Assembly (NCBI GenBank): GCA_047947115.1
Contig: CP170459.1
Location: 5,536,001-5,600,000 of the forward strand
Length of the DNA: 64,000 nucleotides
From: Verrucomicrobiota bacterium
GTDB taxonomy: Bacteria; Verrucomicrobiota; Verrucomicrobiia; Limisphaerales; AAA164-E04
Direction of reading: 5' to 3'
Shown: piece by piece, positions 19,012-30,223 of the stretch
Numbering within the stretch: the first letter of the stretch is position 1
Layout of the letters: every line of letters begins with the position of its first letter
Translations under genes and position numbers: made by a program
The notes under the pieces: model-generated
The model's input: only the letters and a program-made list of their open reading frames with translations
The model's database searches: none
What the model was told of the DNA's origin: nothing

Positions 19012-21669
19012 ATGAAACAATCCAAATTCTGGTTTCTATCGGTAATTGCAGCTGGTTCTCTGGCCATTCAGCCTGAGGTTTCAGCCCAATTGACCATATC
19101 GCCCGAAGCGGGAAAAAGCGCGGTGGTGGATGTTATCTGCCCTGATTGTGTGACGGCCGACTTGTTTCCAAGTCCCTATGTTGAACAAACGCTGCCTGGC
19201 ATCCGTGAAGCCTTGTCCTATATCGGCTTTGATCTGAAGGCAACCTTGCCTCAAGGATCCTCCATTACCAGCGCCGTTTTGGACGTCTTCGACCTCAACA
19301 CGGAAGTCGACGATCAATTTGTCAACGTTGTACTCCTGGATGTTCCATCCGATTGGGATCCCGAAACGTTGGATTTCAATCTTGCCAAGTCCACTTACGG
19401 TGCGACTTCTCAGGATTCCCCTTCCGCCACTGTGGGAGTTGATCCGGCCAAAGCATTGTGGCAGGGGCGAGTTGCCATGAATCTGGAATTCCAGCCAGGA
19501 CGAGCCACGGTTGGATCACGTGCCATTTTTGAAAGTCAGTCTCCTTCAACCGACGCCCAACTTGTCGCCGCATTGAATGCTGCATTGGCAAATGGCGACG
19601 GATACGTCACCTTTGTGCTATACGGAGAAACACTCGATGACAACAACATGGTGGGTATAGAATACGGGGACGGTGAGCCTGGCCCTACACTTACCCTTCA
19701 AATTGAAAGTGGAGCCACTTCGGGCGAAACAGTGGTGTTCGATTTTGACGGCAACGATCCGGCCGCCTGGACTTCCGTTCAATCATCGGCAAAGGAGAAT
19801 GGCCCTACGGATCTGGGCATTATCAGCACCGAGGATCCTACTGTTGGCAACTCTGTTCCTCCCACACCATTGACTGGAACCGGATTCATCGGTCCTGTTC
19901 CATTCGAGGCAGAAGACGGAACCAACACCCGTGACAATGCGCATGAAACGCTTGTCTACCGTTCACCTGAGTTCGAAATCTCTCCAAACGGAGAAATCTC
20001 ATTCGCCTTGATCGGTGGCGCCAAACCTGGTTTTGACCTGGATGCGATCAATCAGGACGGATTGCCTGCCGAATCGGATGGAAACGGTTCGATCGGTGTA
20101 GCATTGAGAAATGCTACGACTGGGGAGTACCTGACATTCAACACGCGTACAGAAAACGGTGGTCAAGCTTGGGAAACGATCATTCTCGATGAAGAGATCC
20201 TTGGTAATGTGATTGAAGTTGGCGAGTCCTACACGCTTGATTTCATCGACTACCACAGTGGTGGCTGGGGCTGGGCAGGCCTCGACAATGTCATTATCAA
20301 GCAAGGCACACCGATCACTAAATACGACTTTGACGATGAAACACTTCAAGGTTGGACCGTTGTTGCGGGCTCGAGTGTTGAAAATGGTCCGACACAATTG
20401 GGTGTGATCAGCGAGAACCACCCCACCGTGGGCAATTCGGTCCCCCCCGCACCTTTGAATGCACCCGCGTTCATAGGGCCCGTGCCTTTTGAGGCAGAAG
20501 ACGGAACCAACACGCGTGATAACGCGCACAGCACTCTTGTCGTGAGATCTCCGGAATTCAAAATTTATCAGGATGGTTTGATTTCGTTCGCACTGATCGG
20601 CGGTTCCAAACCCGGATTCAATATTGATAAAATCAACGCCAACGGCCTGCCGGAATCTTCCGACGGAAACGGCTCCATTGGCGTAGCGCTTCGCAAAGCC
20701 AGCACGGGTGAATACCTGAACTTCTATACCCGTGCCGAAAACGGCGGCCAAGCCTGGGAGACCATTATTTTGGGTGAAAACGAACTCCGTGGCATGATTG
20801 AGTTTGATGAATCATATACACTGGACTTCATCGATTACCACAGTGGAGGCTGGGGTTGGGCAGGCCTCGATGACGTCACCATTCAGGAAGGGACTCCCGT
20901 CATTCGTTACGATTTTGATGACGAAACACTGCAAGGATGGACGGTTGTTGGCGATTCGAGTGTTGAGAATGGTCCGACACGATTGGGTGTGATCAGCGAA
21001 AACGACCCGAACGTCGGCGATTCGGTTCCACCCACACCATTGAACTCACCCGCGTTTATCGGTCCTGTTCCGTTTGAAGCAGAAAATGGAAGCAATACCC
21101 GCGACGGTTCGCATAGCACCTTGGTGCTGCGTTCTCCTGAGTTCCCGCTCCATGCCGATGGTGAAATTTCTTTCGCACTCATCGGTGGCGCGAAGCCCGG
21201 ATTCGACATAGAGGCAGTCAACACCAACGGACTCCCAACCGATTCCGCCGGAGACGGCTCGATCGGTGTTGCACTCCGCAAAGCAAGCACGGGTGAATAC
21301 CTGACCTTCAACACCCGCTCCGAAAATGGCGGCCAAGCCTGGGAAACCATCATCCTCAACGGAGATGATTTCGGTGACATGATTGAGGAAGGAGAGCACT
21401 ACACTCTCGACTTCATCGACTATCACAGTGGTGGTTGGGGCTGGGCAGGAATGGATGATGTGATCATTCGCCCCGGAACACCCGCACCCGCTCAGGCTGG
21501 GGGTATTACGGGTGTCTCCATTCAGGACGGGTCCATCGTCATTGAATACTCCGGCCAATTGGAAGCATCTCAATCCGTAACAGGTGAGTGGACTCCAGTA
21601 AATGGCGCGACCAGTCCATACTCCGAGGCCATTACGGAAGATTCCAAATACTTCCGAATAGTTGAATAA
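19012..21669 (+). CDS. Large secreted protein: DNRLRE-like N-domain + three tandem 195-aa beta-sandwich repeats + conserved C-terminal domain
   Basis: Signal peptide; YIGFDL...ITSAVL...PTLTL; three copies ending YTLDFIDYHSGGWGWAG(L/M)D; C-terminus VTGEWTPVNGATSPY...KYFRIVE. Confidence 0.85.
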   Translation: MKQSKFWFLSVIAAGSLAIQPEVSAQLTISPEAGKSAVVDVICPDCVTADLFPSPYVEQTLPGIREALSYIGFDLKATLPQGSSITSAVLDVFDLNTEVDDQFVNVVLLDVPSDWDPETLDFNLAKSTYGATSQDSPSATVGVDPAKALWQGRVAMNLEFQPGRATVGSRAIFESQSPSTDAQLVAALNAALANGDGYVTFVLYGETLDDNNMVGIEYGDGEPGPTLTLQIESGATSGETVVFDFDGNDPAAWTSVQSSAKENGPTDLGIISTEDPTVGNSVPPTPLTGTGFIGPVPFEAEDGTNTRDNAHETLVYRSPEFEISPNGEISFALIGGAKPGFDLDAINQDGLPAESDGNGSIGVALRNATTGEYLTFNTRTENGGQAWETIILDEEILGNVIEVGESYTLDFIDYHSGGWGWAGLDNVIIKQGTPITKYDFDDETLQGWTVVAGSSVENGPTQLGVISENHPTVGNSVPPAPLNAPAFIGPVPFEAEDGTNTRDNAHSTLVVRSPEFKIYQDGLISFALIGGSKPGFNIDKINANGLPESSDGNGSIGVALRKASTGEYLNFYTRAENGGQAWETIILGENELRGMIEFDESYTLDFIDYHSGGWGWAGLDDVTIQEGTPVIRYDFDDETLQGWTVVGDSSVENGPTRLGVISENDPNVGDSVPPTPLNSPAFIGPVPFEAENGSNTRDGSHSTLVLRSPEFPLHADGEISFALIGGAKPGFDIEAVNTNGLPTDSAGDGSIGVALRKASTGEYLTFNTRSENGGQAWETIILNGDDFGDMIEEGEHYTLDFIDYHSGGWGWAGMDDVIIRPGTPAPAQAGGITGVSIQDGSIVIEYSGQLEASQSVTGEWTPVNGATSPYSEAITEDSKYFRIVE
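19732..21486 (+). repeat. Intragenic tandem repeat, 3 x 585 bp
   Basis: Units start at 19732, 20317 and 20902 (VVFDFD / TKYDFD / IRYDFD) with long near-identical peptide blocks. Confidence 0.9.
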
Positions 21670-21692
21670 ATCTTTTCTATATCAGTTGTCAA

Positions 21693-21737
21693 ACCGGCCT
21701 CCGATGAGGTTGTCCCCATCAGAGGCCGGTCTTTTTT
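21693..21737 (+). terminator. Rho-independent terminator
   Basis: accggcctc...gaggccggt stem followed by ctttttt. Confidence 0.85.
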
Positions 21738-21761
21738 GATAGGGACACTGTTTCAGATCTT

Positions 21762-24700
21762 TTGAACAATCGAGTTGGAATGCGATTTTCTGCAGAAACA
21801 CTTCATACCGGATTAAAAAAAGCCCTTGTCCTATTGTTGTGGATGGGCTCACTGGTTGTAGCATGCTCAGACGAGGACGCTGCCAGAGGTGAGGCGAAAA
21901 CCATTCAACCTGGCATCGCCACCGCGCCCGGTTTGAAAGAAGCCAGCGGTCGTTATGTAGCGCCGCTTGCCGATGCCATGCATCGTGTTGATCCGGAGCA
22001 AGACGGATGGGAGTCGGAGGTCTTCAGCGAAAACGCAAGTGGAAAACTCAAAAAATGGGCCAAAGCGCTGACACAACCTCCACAAACATCTTCCTACCCC
22101 AAAACGCACCTCTTCGCCAGCCCGGTGAATCTTGGATTGAAACCAAAGGATCTTGGTCTGGTATTTAAGAACGCATCGTTTGAAGTAAAACGCGCCCATC
22201 ATTTCCAAACGCTTGGGCAAGGACATCCTAACGAACTGACAGAATCGTTCATGAAAAGCCTGTTCGACGGACTCCCAAAACATGTCGAACTCAAACTATT
22301 CAAAGTGGCAATCGACACATCGAGTGTGTTCACACGTGTCTATTTCCATGCCAACGGATTTCAATCCGGCGCCCGAAACCAGGTGAATGCTGAATGGAAG
22401 GTAGAATGGACACGGAATACGCAAGAGCCATTGTTAAAGTCCATTGAAGCCATTTCGCATGAAGAAATAGTAGCCATCACGACCGGGGAAGCACCACTTT
22501 ATGAAGACTGCACCGAGGCGGTCCTTGGGCAGAATACAAGTTATCGAGAACAAATACTCCACGGAACGGATCATTGGAGGACCCGGCTTAGTCGTGACAT
22601 GGGTCTTGATGTGATCGCTCACCATGGAATGGCTTTGGGGGATTTGAACGGAGACGATCTGGAAGACCTTTACCTTTGCCAGCAGGGAGGCCTCCCAAAT
22701 CGACTCTTCCTACGAAGCGCCGACGGCACCCTGAGGGATGTGACAGAGTCGAGCCGAACCGGTTGGTTGGATTACTCCACCAGTGCCCTGCTCGTTGATT
22801 TTGACAATGATGGCTACCGAGATCTCGTGGTTTGCCTGGAAGATCAAATCGTTTTCATGAGCAACGACGGGTTAGCACGGTTTACGGTAAGGAATCAAAA
22901 GCGCACTGCGGCGCAAACGTTTTCCATGACGGCGGCGGACTATGATTTGGACGGAGACCTCGATTTGTTTGTTTGTGGCTACAACCCCTCCCACGATTTC
23001 GCACAAGCCTCAGTCATGGGAGAACCCGTTCCTTACCATGATGCAGAAAATGGTGGTCGCAATTTGTTGTTTCGAAATGAAGGGAACTGGAAGTTTAACG
23101 ATGTCACGAATGCAACCGGTTTGAATGTTCAAAACAATCGTTTCAGTTTTGCGGCGACCTGGATGGATTTTGATCGGGATGGAGACCCAGACCTGTATGT
23201 GGCCAATGACTACGGGCGAAACAATTTCTATCGAAACAACGCCGGCATCTTCACCGAAATTTCTGCTGCTTTGGGGGTGGAAGATATGTCTGCCGGAATG
23301 TCCGCAACATGGACAGATGTAAACAGGGATGGCAATTTGGATATTTATGTCAGCAACATGTTTTCCGCTGCAGGAAACCGTATTGCGTTTCATGATCAAT
23401 TCAAACCAGGAGTCGATCCATCAACACTGCAAGGATTTCGTCGTCATGCTCGCGGCAACACCTTGTACTTGGGTTCGGACAATGCTGGCCCCTTTCAGGA
23501 TGCGAGTGAAGACATGGGTGTGTTCATGGGACGTTGGGCTTGGGGATCAAGATTTGTCGACTTCGACCAGGATGGCTGGGAGGACCTGGTGGTTGCGAAC
23601 GGTTTCATCACCACCGAGGATACTGGCGATTTGTGAAGTGTCTATTGGCGGCAGGTCGTGTCGCAATCACCGGTTGAATCTACAAGCAATGATCAGGCTT
23701 CCAGCTATCGCCAGGGCTGGGCTGCTCTGAATCAAATGCTGCACGAAGGAAAATCTTTCAGCGGCCATGAACGAAACTGTGCTTTTCTGAACTTGGGAGG
23801 AAATTCCTTTGCGGATGTATCTGGTCTCATCGGGTTTAATTTTGACGAGGATGGAAGAACAGTTGTATCGAGCGATTGGGACTTCGATGGAGATCTGGAT
23901 TTGTGGACGACCGCGCGCACCGCACCTAGGTTGAGGTTCTTAAAAAACAACAGTGCCGCAGAGCAAAAAAACTTCTTGAGTGTTCGATTGGTCGGCAATG
24001 GCGTGGAGAGCAATCGTGATGCAGTCGGAGCCATCGTGGAACTCTATCTGAAGAATGAAAAAACACCGCTCATTCGCACGGTGACTGCCGGGGATGCTTT
24101 CATCTCCCAGAACTCCCAATGGCTCACCTTTCACTACAGTCCAGACCAATCGATTCGAAACCTTTTCGTTCATTGGCCGGGAGGACAAAAACAGGTGGTG
24201 GATGAACTGATCTCAAAATCGTTTTACAAGATCCAACAAGGGAAAAAGGTAGAAATGTGGCGCCCGCCTTTCAGACCCATCGATATGAAAAGCGGCTTAA
24301 GCAAAGCAAATGCGTCCTCTGAACAGGCACGAATTGTCCTCACGGGGCGGCTACCCATCGTTCCGATCCATATCCGGGATGAACATTCAGAATCCGAGTT
24401 GCCGCAACAATGGTTAAAGGGTCCCTTGCTACTGAATCTTTGGGCTCCCTGGTGCCAGCCTTGTGTCGAGGAACTTTCGTCGTGGACCCAATCGGAGGAG
24501 ATCTTGCAGAACGCAGGCCTGCGTATAGTGGCCTTGAATGCCGATGGATCGGCTATCGATTCAGCCGAAAGATTGCTCCGGCGATTGCGTTTTCCATTTC
24601 ATTCTGCCCACGCAAAGCAGCAGACTGTTCTCAATCTGGATTGGTTCCAACGTTCATTTTTGGACCATTGGGCGCCACTCCCCATTCCATCCAGTTTCCT

Positions 24701-25625
24701 GATCGACCGGCAAGGCGACGTGGCCGTTATATATAAGGGACCTGTATCTCCTGAGCAGATATTGAAGGATATGAAGCTTCTTGATTTGAACATGAGTGAG
24801 CGTCGCGATGCGGCAATCCCTTTTGCTGGCAAATGGCTCAAACCGACGAGGTTTCCCAATCCCCTCCTGGTTAACGGTCAGTTTGTGGCCCACGACGCCA
24901 TCAGTGAAGGAACCACATATCTCCGGCGCTACCTCGAATCGGTGGATGACAAAAGTGTAGCATCTCCGGAACACATTGCGAAAATTGCGCATACGATTGG
25001 AACCTTGTTGGCAAAGTCCGAGGATCCATCAGCAGCCAAGTCTTACCTTGCCAAGGCGCTGCGGTTCGCACCCGATCATACGGGCTTGCGCATTGAACTT
25101 GCAGAACTGCTGCTCAGTAGTGCTTCTATTGACCATATCCAAGAGGCGATTGCCATTTTGAAGCCTGATCCAAAAGTTCAAGTGACCGATCCTGCGTCTC
25201 GTCGATTATTGAGTCAGGCATTTTTTTTGTGGGGTGAGTCACTCAAAAGCAGTCGTCAATATCCAGAAGCAGAACAGGCCTTTCGTCAATCGATTCAACT
25301 CGATCCAACTCAGGTAAAGGCTGCAGAAAAATTGGCATGGTTATTTGTCTCTCAAAACCCGGACCAAGGCCAACGGAAATCAAACGCCCTTGCCATTGCC
25401 GAACGTCTATGCGCGATCACCCATCGTAAACATGCCGGCTATCTGGATTTGCTGGCTTTCATTCAAGCCTTACATGGCAAACTCGAACAAGCTATCCGCA
25501 CCGCGGAAGAGGCTCAAACGCTTCGAGCGGATGCGCCGGATTCCAAGGCTTTCAAGGAGGGCAAAAATCGGATGGATCATTACCACAAGCGTCTCATTCC
25601 AGATCTGCGATCCGAATCGGATTAA
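21762..25625 (+). CDS. CRTAC1/FG-GAP propeller + ASPIC/UnbV + TlpA-like thioredoxin + TPR lipoprotein with one in-frame TGA (candidate selenoprotein); appears as two ORFs, 21762-23636 and 23658-25625
   Basis: Lipobox SLVVAC; many DxDxDGxxDL repeats continuing across the stop (NGFITTEDTGDL*SVYWRQVVSQSP); NRDAVGAIV...HWPGG; NLWAPWCQPC; C-terminal TPRs. Both ORFs are in the same frame. Confidence 0.85.
23634..23670 (+). promoter_or_regulatory. Candidate bacterial SECIS hairpin directly 3' of the in-frame UGA
   Basis: TGA agtgtct ATTG-g-CGGCA GGTCG TGTCG-CAAT cac: bulged stem 23644-23667 with a GGUCG loop. GCAGGUC starts after a 14-nt spacer. Confidence 0.55.
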
Positions 25626-26111
25626 GTAACCACACAATCAGAATCCAATTCGATATGATCCAACCTAATGTTCTTGGATCCAGCTGATTTTCAGGAGTTT
25701 TTTCTGAAAAATAATAAAGAGTTTCGTGAATTTGCCGGTTAACTGCAAAGCCAGAGACGGAATGTATCCACCAAAGTGCATGGACTTTGTGAAAAAGGAT
25801 CGGAAATCGAAAATCGTTCAAATTAAAAAGGGATACAATTTTTGAATATTACAACGGTGATTTCTTTGATCGAAAAATAAAGAATAACGGACTGTTGGCA
25901 TGATTGTAACGACTTTACGGCAATTCGTGAGCAGCATCATGTCGATTCTGTTGGGCTAAGGTTAAAACTTGCTCCAATCCGACTTTGTCCTTCTTTTCAT
26001 AATTAAATATCCCCTAATTGTTGGGATGTCATATCCAATCCATGCATTTTGTCTGGCATGCTGGGTTCATAGAGTTAAACACACTACTAACCATAATAAC
26101 GAACACGAAAC

Positions 26112-29057
26112 ATGATCGCAAAGATATCACGCTTCGCCATGGCATTGCCCATCGCGTCAATAGCGCTCTTGGCAAACTTGAATGCACAGGTCCTCTTTCA
26201 AGAGGATTTTGAATCACTGCCCCTGGGCACGAATGTTGAAGAAGGCTTCGGCTTGGAAGTCTTCCAGGAAATTCCACCCAAAGGTTGGGACATCGTCAAT
26301 GAAGGCGTTCTTGCAGTCACCGAAGACGCCGATGGAAACCCCGTTTCCCGCATGGACAATGGTGTCTATGAATGGGTGGGTTGGAGTTTCGCTGACAAAC
26401 AATGGTGGGTCAATGTGGCCGGTGACCAACGTCGCTCCGAATTCGTCAATGGACAAGGCACCGTCATGATTGCTGATCCGGATGAATGGGACGATCAATC
26501 ACACCCAGATTCGGCCTCCAACGGATGGTATCGCACATTTATCACCACCCCAAGCATCGACCTTTCCGGTCAGGACGCAAACAGCACGGTCCTAGTTTTT
26601 GATTCCAGCTGGCGTGATGAATTCGATGGCAACTATCATCAAACCGTCAATATCACCGCCAGTTATGACGGTGGAGCCGCATCTGAAATTCTTCTCTGGG
26701 AATCCGACCCTGACAGCGACAACTTCAAGGATGACACACCGAACGAAACTGTCATTCTGGGACTCAACAATCCCGGAGGAGCTTCCAATCTGAAACTTAC
26801 CTTTGGTATGTTCGAGGCTGGTAACGACTGGTGGTGGGCAGTGGACAACATCAAAGTTGCCGTACCCCCAGTAGCGACCGGTGTTTCCGCGACAGCTTCC
26901 AGCTTCGACCTTTTACTTCTCGAAGGTCTTGGCAAGACGATTGACGAAAGTACTCTAACCATCCAAGTGGACGGCGCAGACGTAACCGGTTCGACCGTTC
27001 GTAATGATCTGAGTGGTGATTTCACTCAGCTTGTCTTCAGTTACGCGCATGATTCCCTCTGGGTTTCAGAATCCTTGCACACGATTAACTACTCCTTCAC
27101 GACTGGTGACGGAGTCCAAATCAGCAGCACCATCGATTTCACCGTGCCTCGCTTTGTGACCATTCCCGCAGGGCTAAAATTGGCGGATGTGGACACCAGC
27201 AACGAAGGATTCATCATGCGTGTCATTCAGGCTGACCAAGGCTTGGCCACCAGTATCGCTGTTCGTGAAGATCATTTGGCTGGCAGACTTCTGGACGCCA
27301 ACGGAGATCCTCTTGAAAATTATGCATTCACCCCGGACACACTCTATCCTCAGGTTGACGGAGAAGAATCTACCTGGTTTGTTCCTCTGATCAATTTGGA
27401 ACAAGATGGAAATGATCAAGGTGAATTCAATGGGGGTGCGACAGCTCCTATGGATGTGTTGGACAACATTATTCCAGGAATCCCTGGTGACGCCACTGCC
27501 GACACAGACAACATCACCGCTGAGATCTTCACTGTTGTTCGCATCCCTGAACCAGGAATGTACACCTTCGGATTCAACAGTGATGACGGTTTCCAAGTGA
27601 CAGCCGGCAACTTGCTCGATATCGAAGAACGTTTGGTTCTGGGTGAATTCGACGGAAGTCGTGGTTCTTCAACCACATCTTTTCCAGTTGCTTTTGAAGA
27701 AGCTGGCGATTATCAGATGCGCGCACTTTGGTTCGAAGGAACAGGTGGAGCCAACCTGGAATGGTTCACCATCACTCCGAACAAAGCCCTGTTGAATGAC
27801 ACAGACAATGGCGGATTGAAGACCTTTGCCTTCCGCTCCGGAAATCCTCTGGCTTTAACTTCTGTTTCCCCAGCCAATGGCACAGGTGGAGCGCCTTTGG
27901 CTCCAACCGTATCTTTCACCTTGGTGGACGGTTCCACAACTTTGGACGCAGCATCCATCGCGATGACCTTCGGCGGCGCCGATGTGACTCCTGAAGTGAA
28001 TACCACCGATGGCACACACGTCATCACCTACACATCCAGTAAGACTTACGGAAATGCCGAAGAGGTCAATGCTACTCTGACTTTCAGCGATTCCACCGGT
28101 CGATCCCGCACGGCCAGTACAACCTTCCGCACCTTGCGTGATGATTTGTTGGCTTATTGGGACTTCAACGATGATTCAGACGCTTCCAGCTCGGAAGACT
28201 TGAATCCCAACATTGATCTGCCTGCTTCATTGGTAGGTAACGCTGCATTCAGTGCTGATGCCGCTGGTGTTTCCGGGGCAGCTGGTGACCGTTCCATGTC
28301 CTTTGGTGACCCTCAGGACGGATCCAGCCTCTTGGTCCAAAGCGATTTCTTCAATGAAGCCGCTTACCAGGACACCGTCACGATTGCCTTGTGGCAGAAA
28401 TGGAATACCGATGTCACCGACAGTTCTGCCTTCTGGGTTGTATCGCCTACCACAGGTGGCAGCGCCCGCAGTGCTCAAGCCCATATTCCATGGAGCAATG
28501 GAAACGTCTATTTCGATACTTCCGGTTGCTGTGATGCTGCTACACAGCGTCTGAACCAGGCCATTACCGATTTCGATCCAAACTTTGATTGGACCGAATG
28601 GCATCACTTCACTTTCGTGAAAAACAAGGAAGTGAAGCAGATCTATGTTGATGGTCAGCCTTGGTTGGAAACCATCAATACCGGCGCCTTGCCAACCGAC
28701 AACGTTCAGCTCTGGATCGGGGCAGCCCCTCAGAGTGGCAATAGCATTGGTGGTTGGATCGATAACTTTGCCGTTTTCTCCAGCGCATTGACCGCGGATG
28801 AGATCTCTCAGTTGTTCGCTGGTGCGGCACCCCAAGACATCAAACCATGGGCAGAGTTCGCCGCATCATCTCCAGCCCCAACCTCAGGCATCAGTGGTAT
28901 TGCTGTTGTTGACGGTGGAGTTACCATCTCCTTCGAAGGTGTGCTTAAAAGCTCAACAACCGTCAACGGCTCCTACGCTCCCGTTGCGGGCGCCAGAGCT
29001 CCGTCCTATACAGTGAATCCGGACGTTGCCGAAACCATGTTCTTTATCGCTGAATAA
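26112..29057 (+). CDS. Large secreted multidomain protein (PA14-like, Ig-like, LamG-like) with conserved C-terminal domain
   Basis: Signal peptide; YTFGFNSDDGF...WFEGTGGANLEW (PA14); LLAYWDFND...WHHFTFVK...IYVDG...GWIDNFAVFSSALT (LamG); VNGSYAPVAGA...MFFIAE. Confidence 0.88.
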   Translation: MIAKISRFAMALPIASIALLANLNAQVLFQEDFESLPLGTNVEEGFGLEVFQEIPPKGWDIVNEGVLAVTEDADGNPVSRMDNGVYEWVGWSFADKQWWVNVAGDQRRSEFVNGQGTVMIADPDEWDDQSHPDSASNGWYRTFITTPSIDLSGQDANSTVLVFDSSWRDEFDGNYHQTVNITASYDGGAASEILLWESDPDSDNFKDDTPNETVILGLNNPGGASNLKLTFGMFEAGNDWWWAVDNIKVAVPPVATGVSATASSFDLLLLEGLGKTIDESTLTIQVDGADVTGSTVRNDLSGDFTQLVFSYAHDSLWVSESLHTINYSFTTGDGVQISSTIDFTVPRFVTIPAGLKLADVDTSNEGFIMRVIQADQGLATSIAVREDHLAGRLLDANGDPLENYAFTPDTLYPQVDGEESTWFVPLINLEQDGNDQGEFNGGATAPMDVLDNIIPGIPGDATADTDNITAEIFTVVRIPEPGMYTFGFNSDDGFQVTAGNLLDIEERLVLGEFDGSRGSSTTSFPVAFEEAGDYQMRALWFEGTGGANLEWFTITPNKALLNDTDNGGLKTFAFRSGNPLALTSVSPANGTGGAPLAPTVSFTLVDGSTTLDAASIAMTFGGADVTPEVNTTDGTHVITYTSSKTYGNAEEVNATLTFSDSTGRSRTASTTFRTLRDDLLAYWDFNDDSDASSSEDLNPNIDLPASLVGNAAFSADAAGVSGAAGDRSMSFGDPQDGSSLLVQSDFFNEAAYQDTVTIALWQKWNTDVTDSSAFWVVSPTTGGSARSAQAHIPWSNGNVYFDTSGCCDAATQRLNQAITDFDPNFDWTEWHHFTFVKNKEVKQIYVDGQPWLETINTGALPTDNVQLWIGAAPQSGNSIGGWIDNFAVFSSALTADEISQLFAGAAPQDIKPWAEFAASSPAPTSGISGIAVVDGGVTISFEGVLKSSTTVNGSYAPVAGARAPSYTVNPDVAETMFFIAE

Positions 29058-29087
29058 TCGCTGTCATTCAGCATCGAATCTATCTCA

Positions 29088-29118
29088 AGGCGCAGCTAAG
29101 GCTGCGCCTCTTTTGTTT
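29088..29118 (+). terminator. Rho-independent terminator
   Basis: aggcgcagc-taag-gctgcgcct followed by cttttgttt. Confidence 0.85.
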
Positions 29119-29680
29119 GTTCGGCGAAGTTGGTAAACTCTGCCGATTAATGACAGTTTTATAACGTCTGCCAAAAGTAAATTCAGAAAAAACTCTGCTT
29201 CACTGCGTCCAGCGTAGCGGACTTGAGAATAAGAAGCATCAGCGAGCCCTTGTGCGCAAATACTTTTGGAATCAGTTTCCCTGCGCTTCATTTACAAAGA
29301 TCGCGTACAGGTTCGGATTCGCTCAAGAAATTCTACCGTAAAACAGCTACTCCGCACTGATGGATGCCATTCACAGGGGCTAGACACACGACGTAACCGA
29401 CGGCCCAAATGACCTGTGACTCACATCTTGTCGTTTACACCATCATGAACTGATGGAAGGCTGGTGTTAATGGAGGAATCCCACAAAGACCGGGTTGTGT
29501 TCGAGAACCATTGTCAAACACTCCGGCAGGTAGTTGGGTTTCCTCATCATAAAAGAACCAACGCATAAGTTTGGATTGGAAACAGGCCTCCTATTGCCCC
29601 ACCCTGCAAGGCCTGGTTGTCTTAGTCCCGGACTTTTTCGCCCGGTATGGACTTGAGAGGTTTTCATCGTGTCTGTGGAG

Positions 29681-30199
29681 TTAATGTGAGAGCCGATTGG
29701 CGGAGAAAAGGACGCCCAAAAAAAGTGTAAAGGCTCCAATGGGTAACAGAAAAATACCCAGCCCAGGATCGCCTCCATAAGTGATCGCTCCCCCCAGGAA
29801 GAAGCCTACCGGTATTAAAATACCCGCTGCGATAAAACATCTGGAGATTGTTTGAAGTTTCTGGTGCGATGTGGCTGGCAAATGCGGGGTGGTGACCGCA
29901 AAAGCGATATGTACCAATGCCAGCAGGGTGCCATGGGCATGAGACAAAGTCCACATCAGGCGCCTTGTAGTGTTGGAGACATCGAGATAGGCCCCGACTT
30001 TGAATCCGTGCAGGATTTCAATTACGAAACCCATTGTAAGAAACACCAGAAGACTCCACCACCCCCATTTCAGATGTTTGTGAAGGAAGGGTGAGGAAGG
30101 AAGCTTCGTTGCCTGAGGTGGCGAAGGCGGGTCTGGGGCCGGGTGCCCCCCTTTGGCTTTGGGATTGGATTTCATGGATTTTAGATGATCAACTTGCAT
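29681..30199 (-). CDS. Four-TM hypothetical membrane protein downstream of the multiheme cytochrome
   Basis: HLKWGWWSLLVF, LHGFK, LSHAHGTLLAL, GDPGLG; four hydrophobic segments with His residues. Confidence 0.75.
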   Translation of the reverse strand: MQVDHLKSMKSNPKAKGGHPAPDPPSPPQATKLPSSPFLHKHLKWGWWSLLVFLTMGFVIEILHGFKVGAYLDVSNTTRRLMWTLSHAHGTLLALVHIAFAVTTPHLPATSHQKLQTISRCFIAAGILIPVGFFLGGAITYGGDPGLGIFLLPIGAFTLFLGVLFSANRLSH

Positions 30200-30223
30200 T
30201 CAGTGCACGGCGACAATTGTCTT

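Noticed and set aside
19732..21486. CRISPR array or DGR template/variable repeat pair (also considered for 44728-49910)
   Set aside because: The repeats are in-frame protein domain duplications with mostly synonymous differences. There are no spacers, cas genes or reverse transcriptase, and no obvious adenine-specific pattern.
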